Shown: positions 57,205-64,000 of the stretch, piece after piece | How the letters are laid out: every line of letters starts with the position of its first letter | Position numbering within the stretch: the stretch's first letter is position 1 | Origin: Candidatus Babelota bacterium | GTDB lineage: Bacteria; Babelota; Babeliae; Babelales; GCA-2401785 | Length of the DNA stretch: 64,000 nucleotides | Assembly (NCBI GenBank): GCA_016871815.1 | Contig: VHBT01000001.1 | Span: 11,925-75,924 of the forward strand | Reading direction: 5' to 3' | Notes under the pieces: model-generated | What the model was told of the DNA's origin: nothing | What the model saw: only the letters and a program-made list of their open reading frames with translations | Database searches by the model: none | Translations under genes and position numbers: made by a program

Positions 57205-59628
57205 ATGTTTAAAAAGTTGTTATTGTTTCTATCTCTTGCTCTTCTTGCCCCAGCCAAAGCCAAATTGGATGAAAAAAAGCCATCATGGTCGTCATTTATA
57301 GCAAAAAGAAACGAATTTAAAGAACTTCATGCAGCTGCAAGAAAAAAACAGGAAGAACTTTTTGCCGCAACCAGAGAAAAACGCTTAGAAAGCCACAAAA
57401 AAGGCGAGGATGCTCTTTTTTCAGCAGCACAACTCCAGGCTGAAGAACAAGTAAAAGCCACACTTTCAGTTGTAAAAAAATTAAAAACAACTGAGGTTAA
57501 ACCCTCAGATCTGTACGATGAAACCTTAAATCCATGGTCAAGAATCAGCCAATATCATACGGCATTCTGGTTTTTCATTCGTCAAATCCCTGAAAGAACC
57601 CGACTCGCTATCCAATCGTTAAAAAAAACACGCGAAAAAAAACCCTCACAATCAACAGCGCCAATCGCCGCAGGTCAAAATGAGGTCTCATCAACTGAAT
57701 CTTTAGAGGCCGAAAGCTCAGATCAAAATCAAAATGACGGCGACTCCGCCATAGAAAAAAAACTTCAAAAAATCTCGGCCCTAGAAAAAGAACTTCAAAA
57801 CATCAACGATCAACTACTCGGCGATAAAACAGATTCTGCAAACGCAACAAAAAAGGCTCAACAAACTGTAACACGGCCCACTCCTCAAAAACGAACATCA
57901 TTTTGGTATTTTTTCAGAAACAAAAATACCTCTCAGTCTGATGCGTATGGACGCTATGGATATAATAATTTTAATTACCAAGAAGGAACCTACAACGATG
58001 AACTCTGTGCACAAGAAAGCCCAATTGATCCTGAAGTATATTTCACATATCGAGAAAACTTCAAAGAATATGTAAAACCTACCGATCCTATCGTAGTTGA
58101 TAATATTTTTAAGCCGATTTATTCCAAAGGAGGCGTCCAGTCAACCTACTGGAGCCGTGAAATGTCCTCGTGGTTCAATCTTCCAGAAGAAGATTTAAAC
58201 TTAAAAACTTTTTTAAGCCACTCATGTCTTATTCATTTATTTGCAGCATCAATGACCATCTATAAACAATTTTTTAGAAACCACTATAATCAATCGCGCT
58301 TATATCAAAGAATAAATCGAACAACCTTACCAATCAAAACTGATTCTCCTCAAGCTGAAACTATGACAAAAGAATGTATTTTTATGCTAGTTTCAACTTG
58401 CTTTTTGGCAATCACTCAGTACCTTGCAAGTCATATGGCTTTAGCTGGCGGTCCAATCGCAGGACTCAAAAGCGCAATTTGGAACAATCCATATATTTAT
58501 TACGGATTTATCGGGGGCCTTTCAACTCTTTTTCTTACAAAAAAAGTTTCTCCCCGCGCAGATCAATTCATCAACTATTCAGGCTCTATCTTGCTTAATA
58601 AAATTCCAGCACAATACCTTCCACGACAAAGTATACGTAATTCTTTTCACACTCTAGTTAAGTCCTTTTTTATTTCAGGACTATGTCTCCTTCCACTCAG
58701 TATTTCTCTTGGAAAAATAATATCCTCAGAAAAAGACCTCAGTGTGCAAATTACAAAAGAGCTAGCAGAACATCCCCTGGCAATTGGGCCAAAAGTAGGC
58801 ACAAGTATTCCTCGGGATATGCAAGGACATCAATACATAATGATCCGAGATGGAAGTAACATTCAAAAAAACACAATCTGGTTCGTCAGATCTTTATCCA
58901 CTCACACCATACAGATTTTATCACTAGCATCATTGAACGCGATGCACCAGGGTACCAGCGAATTACAATTCAAAATTCTAGGTGATATTGCCTGCCTTGC
59001 TTTGAGTTGCGTTGCAAACTTATTTAAAATACTTTTCTCTCGATTTATGGAAAAAGAAGCTAGACCATCTCTGTTTGTGCGCGTATCAGATCTAGCATAC
59101 CTTACACCAAAAACGCGCGATCAATTATTATCTGCCGCACGAACCGAAAAGCTTTATTCCATAATTTCTCACTCACTTTTTACTAGCCTGAGCCTTGCAA
59201 ACATAATAGCAATATCAAAAGAGGTACCTGGTGCGTATAAAGTAATTCAACAATTTCTTCTTCATGCACAAAACCCAATTACCGATGAAGGCGTAACAAG
59301 ACTGCTTTCATTATTGGGCGTGCAAAACGATGTATCATCAATCGATTTAAGCTTTATACAAAACGCACTCAGAAACGTTGAACCACTTATAAATAAAACA
59401 GAAACCTTTAACCCTGTTTTGAGCACTAAAGAACAAGCCGCATATTTGGCTTATCACCGAATTCTCAAAGCAGCAAAAAGCTCTCTTACTCCAGCTGAAC
59501 ACACTCACGCCGATAAGCCACTTGAAGGAGAAAAACTTAAGCTCCTTGTAGAGCACTGCAGAGATCTGACTAGAGCAAACCCAACCTCTCAAAAAAAAGC
59601 TCTTCAAGATCTAATAGCCGAACTATAG
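57205..59628 (+). CDS. Large hypothetical exported/membrane protein
   Basis: 807-aa uninterrupted ORF. Signal peptide (LLLFLSLALLAPAKA), charged helical N-terminal third, repeated FW(F/Y)F(I/F)R motif, and several central hydrophobic helices. Confidence 0.65.
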   Translation: MFKKLLLFLSLALLAPAKAKLDEKKPSWSSFIAKRNEFKELHAAARKKQEELFAATREKRLESHKKGEDALFSAAQLQAEEQVKATLSVVKKLKTTEVKPSDLYDETLNPWSRISQYHTAFWFFIRQIPERTRLAIQSLKKTREKKPSQSTAPIAAGQNEVSSTESLEAESSDQNQNDGDSAIEKKLQKISALEKELQNINDQLLGDKTDSANATKKAQQTVTRPTPQKRTSFWYFFRNKNTSQSDAYGRYGYNNFNYQEGTYNDELCAQESPIDPEVYFTYRENFKEYVKPTDPIVVDNIFKPIYSKGGVQSTYWSREMSSWFNLPEEDLNLKTFLSHSCLIHLFAASMTIYKQFFRNHYNQSRLYQRINRTTLPIKTDSPQAETMTKECIFMLVSTCFLAITQYLASHMALAGGPIAGLKSAIWNNPYIYYGFIGGLSTLFLTKKVSPRADQFINYSGSILLNKIPAQYLPRQSIRNSFHTLVKSFFISGLCLLPLSISLGKIISSEKDLSVQITKELAEHPLAIGPKVGTSIPRDMQGHQYIMIRDGSNIQKNTIWFVRSLSTHTIQILSLASLNAMHQGTSELQFKILGDIACLALSCVANLFKILFSRFMEKEARPSLFVRVSDLAYLTPKTRDQLLSAARTEKLYSIISHSLFTSLSLANIIAISKEVPGAYKVIQQFLLHAQNPITDEGVTRLLSLLGVQNDVSSIDLSFIQNALRNVEPLINKTETFNPVLSTKEQAAYLAYHRILKAAKSSLTPAEHTHADKPLEGEKLKLLVEHCRDLTRANPTSQKKALQDLIAEL

Positions 59629-59630
59629 GT

Positions 59631-60266
59631 TTATATCAAAATTAACGCATCCCAAATCAATAACGCTGCTGCAACAGCGAGAATAAGCGCTGTTGTTTTA
59701 AAAAGTCTTTTTAATGCTTTTCCAGACAAAGCTCCGCCGATAACATCAGCAATTATACTCACTAAGGCCAAAGAGCAAAACGAACCTAAGGCCAACGCCC
59801 CTGCGCTCAAAAGAGCTGTCGATAAAGAACCAACACTAATAATTTTTTCAAACAACTTTAATGAAATAAACATAAAAAAAAGCAATGCTGATGGATTTAA
59901 TATTGTGATACAAAATGTTTTAACCGTTAATAACAAAAAATCACTTGTTGAACATTCTACTCGATACGTCTCACTTGCCGACTCAAGCCGCCAATAATAC
60001 ATACTTAATCCAAATAATGCCGCAGCTCCAACCAAATCAAGTCCTATCATGACGGGCTGATTAGAAACAACCCCACCCCAAAATCCCCGCAATGACAAGA
60101 AAAAAAGCAATCCATCTGTTAATGCAGCACCAAGAGCAATCGCAAATCCAGAATAAAGACCATCAAGCGCCGCTCGATTAAATGTCATAATAAAAACAGG
60201 TCCAAACGCAGAAGCTGCACAAAACCCAACAAAAAAAGCTTTAAGTAAAATAAAAGTAGTCATCAT
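59631..60266 (-). CDS. LysE/RhtB-type amino-acid exporter family membrane protein
   Basis: 211 aa, six hydrophobic segments. The N-terminal FVGFCAASAFGPVFIMTFNRAALDG matches the GP-containing first helix of the LysE superfamily. Confidence 0.6.
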   Translation of the reverse strand: MMTTFILLKAFFVGFCAASAFGPVFIMTFNRAALDGLYSGFAIALGAALTDGLLFFLSLRGFWGGVVSNQPVMIGLDLVGAAALFGLSMYYWRLESASETYRVECSTSDFLLLTVKTFCITILNPSALLFFMFISLKLFEKIISVGSLSTALLSAGALALGSFCSLALVSIIADVIGGALSGKALKRLFKTTALILAVAAALLIWDALILI

Positions 60267-60387
60267 CTTCCTGAAAAATTAATTTCACATATTTTTATTG
60301 TAGCAAGAGCTGAAGCGGACTAAAATAACATAACCATTTTAACAACAAGATCTCACAAAAAATCAGTCCCATACAGGAATCATTTGT

Positions 60388-61779
60388 ATGAAATATAAAC
60401 TGCCTTTTGGAACTCATGGAATTAGAGGAAATTCAAGCCTTCCTCCATTTACCCAACGGCATTTACACGCTCTTGGTCAAGCGTTAGAACTTTTTCTTGA
60501 AGCAAAAAAATTTCCTAAAACGATACTTTTTGGTTCAGACACTCGTGCGTCATGCCCACAAATCAAACAATTTCTTTCTCAAGGATTTTCAAGCACTACG
60601 CACATTCAATCGGCACAAAACCTTCCAACTCCTGCGCTGATACAAATTTTAAAAAAAAATTTAGAAATCGGGCTAGGGATAATGATCACTGCATCACATA
60701 ACCCTGCACACGACAATGGATTAAAATTCTTTCTTCAAGAAGGAAAGGATCTATCGACTGATGATGAAAATCTCATTCAATCTTTTTTTTCGATTTCATT
60801 TTCAAGTCCATATCCATATCAAGAATCATTCTATAAAGAGTCGCTCTATCCTTCTGCCTTTATGGAATACTTTACTCAAATCAAAAAGAAATTCGCTCCT
60901 CAATTCCTTAATGGACTACGCATTGGATTGGATTGCGCAAACGGAGCTATCAGTGAATATGCACCTGTAATTTTTAAACATTTTGGTGCGCAAATTTATA
61001 CAATCAACACAAAGCCAGACGGTCAAAATATCAATAAAAACTGTGGTTCTAATCATCCTGACGAACTCAAAGCTCTTGTTCTTGTAAATAAATTATTTTG
61101 TGGATTTGCATTCGACGGAGATGGTGACAGAGTTGTTGCTATTTCATCAACCGGCGAACTCAACAATGGTGATGATATTTTAGCTATGATCGCAACAAAC
61201 CCTATTCGCAAGAAACAGGGTCCCGTTATTGGCACAATTGCCTCAAATTCTGGACTAAAAAAATATCTTGAGAAAAATTCTTTATCATTTTTAGCATCTA
61301 ACGTTGGCGAAAATCAGGTTATTAAACTGATGCATGAACATTCTTCTAATCTTGGAGGCGAACCCTCTGGACACATAATAATAAAAGAATACATGATGGC
61401 TTCTGATGGAATCTTTACAGCTCTGGCGCTTCTTGATTCTATTTTGGTAAATAATAATTTTTCACTCAGTTCATTTGAGCACTATCCCCAGGCTTCAAAA
61501 AATATCCTAACCCAAATCAAACCACCGCTATCAACCCCAGAACTCAAAGAAATTATTGATTCATTCACAGAAATCTATCCACAAAGTTCAATTTTAATCA
61601 GATATTCAGGAACTGAACCACTCATGAGAATTTCTGTGGAAGCTCCAACCATGGATGAAGCAGCAACAATTTCCCAACAACTGGAAACCAAAATTACAAC
61701 AATCTTGAAGGATCTGACAAAAAAAACATCCGCCCCTAACGTTGAACTAAAAAACGAATGTCATACACTATCCAATTGA
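60388..61779 (+). CDS. glmM: Phosphoglucosamine mutase
   Basis: 463 aa. FGTHGIRG, active-site TASHNPAHDNGLKF, FDGDGDR, GGEPSGHII. Confidence 0.85.
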   Translation: MKYKLPFGTHGIRGNSSLPPFTQRHLHALGQALELFLEAKKFPKTILFGSDTRASCPQIKQFLSQGFSSTTHIQSAQNLPTPALIQILKKNLEIGLGIMITASHNPAHDNGLKFFLQEGKDLSTDDENLIQSFFSISFSSPYPYQESFYKESLYPSAFMEYFTQIKKKFAPQFLNGLRIGLDCANGAISEYAPVIFKHFGAQIYTINTKPDGQNINKNCGSNHPDELKALVLVNKLFCGFAFDGDGDRVVAISSTGELNNGDDILAMIATNPIRKKQGPVIGTIASNSGLKKYLEKNSLSFLASNVGENQVIKLMHEHSSNLGGEPSGHIIIKEYMMASDGIFTALALLDSILVNNNFSLSSFEHYPQASKNILTQIKPPLSTPELKEIIDSFTEIYPQSSILIRYSGTEPLMRISVEAPTMDEAATISQQLETKITTILKDLTKKTSAPNVELKNECHTLSN

Positions 61780-61780
61780 A

Positions 61781-62506
61781 TTAACGAGTACAATACAAAA
61801 AATATTCGTTATTACCATTTTCTTCTTTTTTCAATGCTCGCACCACACCCTGTATGGAAAATCCAAGACTCTTACATAAATCAATAATCGATTGAACGGC
61901 ACGGTCCTGATCTTCCTGAGATTTAACAATACCATTTTTATTCACAAACTCTCGACCTACTTCAAACTGAGGCTTTATCAAAAGCAAGAGTTGTGTTTTT
62001 TGCGCAGAAAGTAATTTTTCAACAACTGGAATAACCATTTTTAAGGAAATAAAAGACAAATCAAGACAACAAAAATCTATGGCTTGAGGAAGCGTTGAAA
62101 CCATCCTAATATCTTGCTGCTCCATAATTATCAACTTCTCGTTATTCTTCAATGAAGCATCAACCTGCGCAGATCCTACATCAATCCCATAAACCAATAA
62201 CGCTCCTTCTTGGAGTAAGCAATCAGAAAATCCCCCAGTGGAAAGTCCTGCATCCAAACAAACAAGACCACTCAGATTAATTTTAAAATACATAAGAGCT
62301 GCAGCCAATTTATATCCCGCAAAACCAACATACTCTTTGACCAAATGAGCAACAACAATATCCATCTCGCTTATTTTGTGTCCAGGCCGAGTAACAACCA
62401 TACCATTAACCGAAACAGCGGCCTGACTTATGCCTCGAGCAATAAAGGTCCGAGAATACTGCGGATATTTTTTTAATAACACCAAATCTAATCGCTCAAG
62501 TTTCAT
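61781..62506 (-). CDS. tlyA: TlyA family rRNA 2'-O-methyltransferase (S4 domain + FtsJ-like)
   Basis: 241 aa. N-terminal S4-like RLDLVLL...SRTFIARGISQAAVSVNG and SAM-binding CLDAGLSTGGFSDCLLQEGA. Confidence 0.85.
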   Translation of the reverse strand: MKLERLDLVLLKKYPQYSRTFIARGISQAAVSVNGMVVTRPGHKISEMDIVVAHLVKEYVGFAGYKLAAALMYFKINLSGLVCLDAGLSTGGFSDCLLQEGALLVYGIDVGSAQVDASLKNNEKLIIMEQQDIRMVSTLPQAIDFCCLDLSFISLKMVIPVVEKLLSAQKTQLLLLIKPQFEVGREFVNKNGIVKSQEDQDRAVQSIIDLCKSLGFSIQGVVRALKKEENGNNEYFLYCTR

Positions 62507-63171
62507 ACACTCGCGCCCTCATACTCTTTTTCTACCTTCTTAACTGCAATAAAAAATAAATCAGACTTTAATCTATCAACTGAAATCAGCCCAATTAGAC
62601 GCAAGAAACTAATTATTTTTTTTATTATCCAACGCAGCGATCGTGGAAAAAATTCTGCAAAGACATGGGGCGAAACGCCTCCTTCTGGCCACACCACAAT
62701 ACCCGTAAATCCAGCCGCCCTCAGACAATCATGTAACGTTTTTTTTGTATAATATCGCTTATGCGTAACGTCACTTCGATGATAAAATGTTAAATTGTAC
62801 TCAGGTAAAAACAAATCTTCATCATGCGGCACAGAACCTATCAAAATGCCTCCGTTCTGCAAAACCCTAAAAATCTCAGCAACAAACAATTCTTCATTAA
62901 AAATATGTTCTATCAGGTCAAAAGCCACAACCGACGAAAATAATTCATGCGAAAAAGGTAATTCTTGCTCAAGATTGGCAATTACATACTCAACACCATG
63001 CTCTGGAACCTGTTCAAATAGATCCACAGCAGTGATTTGCATCTCTGGAAAATGCTTTTTCATCCAATACGAATACTTCAGCCTTCCCGCACCAAGATCA
63101 AGAACTCGCGATCCAGCCAAATATTTTTGCAATAAATCCAACTTAAATGGAGAATGCTCATTTTTTTCCAT
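62503..63171 (-). CDS. Class I SAM-dependent methyltransferase
   Basis: 222 aa. Motif I VLDLGAGRL and the post-I acidic residue (AVDL), plus VVAFDLIEHI. 4-nt overlap with tlyA. Confidence 0.7.
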   Translation of the reverse strand: MEKNEHSPFKLDLLQKYLAGSRVLDLGAGRLKYSYWMKKHFPEMQITAVDLFEQVPEHGVEYVIANLEQELPFSHELFSSVVAFDLIEHIFNEELFVAEIFRVLQNGGILIGSVPHDEDLFLPEYNLTFYHRSDVTHKRYYTKKTLHDCLRAAGFTGIVVWPEGGVSPHVFAEFFPRSLRWIIKKIISFLRLIGLISVDRLKSDLFFIAVKKVEKEYEGASV

Positions 63172-63280
63172 AAATCCTCCTCAATAAACATTCCATAACT
63201 TTATCACTATGAGAGCTTGCTAAGAAAAGAATGCTTTGTCATCATAAAAAAAGTAGGTTTCTTTATCATTTTTTATCTGT

Positions 63281-63976
63281 ATGCGATTAGTTCAATTTGT
63301 AGCCCTTTGCGGCATTAGCTCTCGACGAAAAGCTGTCGCGATTATAAAAAATGGAGAAATCCAGGTAAATACTACTCAATGTTTAGATCCTGCATATATC
63401 GTGCAAGAAACTGATGTCATTTATTATCAATCAAAACAACTCAGTATTCCTGAATCTTATGTCTATCTCGCTTTAAACAAACCCAAAAATGTCATCAGCG
63501 CCAGTTCTAGTCCCCATGGCGAAATAACGGTTATCGACCTGGTTAAAAACAAGTTTCCAACCCAACGCTTGTATCCCATAGGAAGACTCGATAAAGATTC
63601 AACCGGTCTCATTATTCTCACAAACGATGGGCACTTTGCTCAAAAAATAGCGCACCCAGCGTTTGAAATCACAAAAAAATACAGAGTAAAAATTACCAAA
63701 AAACTTTCCAAGACCGATCACAAACTTCTTATTTCAGGAGTTACACTCGAAGATGGTTTTTCTCAGTTTGATGAACTACAACAAATCGCCCCAAAGACAT
63801 ATGAAGTTTCCCTTCATAGTGGAAAAAACAGGATAATTCGACGCATGTTTGCTTACCTTGGACACGAAGTTATAGAACTTCACCGAATTTCTATCGGTTC
63901 TCTCTCTCTGAAAAATCTTGCTCTTGGGAATTTTAAACACCTCTCACCAGAAGAAATTTCCAATCTTACAAATTAA
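63281..63976 (+). CDS. Pseudouridine synthase, RsuA/RluB/RluF family (S4 domain + catalytic domain)
   Basis: 231 aa. S4-like N-terminus (RLVQFVALCGISSRRKA...I..G.I.VN) and catalytic GRLDKDSTGLIILTNDG. Confidence 0.88.
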   Translation: MRLVQFVALCGISSRRKAVAIIKNGEIQVNTTQCLDPAYIVQETDVIYYQSKQLSIPESYVYLALNKPKNVISASSSPHGEITVIDLVKNKFPTQRLYPIGRLDKDSTGLIILTNDGHFAQKIAHPAFEITKKYRVKITKKLSKTDHKLLISGVTLEDGFSQFDELQQIAPKTYEVSLHSGKNRIIRRMFAYLGHEVIELHRISIGSLSLKNLALGNFKHLSPEEISNLTN

Positions 63977-64000
63977 ATTTTTATCTTTTTTTGAACAACC

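Noticed and set aside
1-64000. CRISPR arrays, insertion sequences, prophage or rRNA operons
   Set aside because: I found no regularly spaced direct repeats, no transposase, integrase or recombinase motifs in any long ORF, and no rRNA-like conserved segments. The only repeat found is the 53-bp pair at 25315 and 27357.

Overview
Compact bacterial chromosomal segment, about 40% GC by eye. It uses the standard code: TAA, TAG and TGA each terminate well-conserved genes. Coding density is very high, with several 1-4 nt gene overlaps and abutting convergent stops. I can support about 45 protein-coding genes (one partial), 1 pseudogene, 2 tRNA genes, 3 hairpin terminators and one 53-bp direct-repeat pair. 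I see no rRNA, CRISPR array, transposase, integrase or phage genes.

Housekeeping backbone: ftsZ, M17 leucyl aminopeptidase, sufS-sufU, metG, mnmA, yicC, yebC, mutS, uvrA, an ATP-dependent DNA ligase, secD, serS, two phosphohexomutases (PMM/PGM-type and glmM), a UvrD/PcrA helicase, tlyA and an RsuA/RluB-family pseudouridine synthase. Between these blocks lie lineage-specific genes whose products start with signal-like hydrophobic segments and match no family I recognise.

Two large predicted beta-barrel proteins ending in Phe indicate a diderm envelope. Minimal housekeeping operons plus many exported ORFans resemble host-dependent lineages (Dependentiae/TM6-like is a guess), but this is inference only.

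Best candidates for something new:
1. A tightly packed four-gene operon of exported ORFans (27366-34288). It includes a 1256-aa protein with an embedded P-loop. Next to it lie a nonsense-disrupted paralog and a 53-bp repeat scar.
2. A 1254-aa beta-helix-like exoprotein followed by its own 510-aa barrel gene (37011-42391).
3. A UvrA that lacks the insertion domain.
4. A class II tRNA whose hand-folded anticodon is AAG (Leu, A34), which is unusual for bacteria.

All functional calls rest on motifs read by eye. No database search was run.
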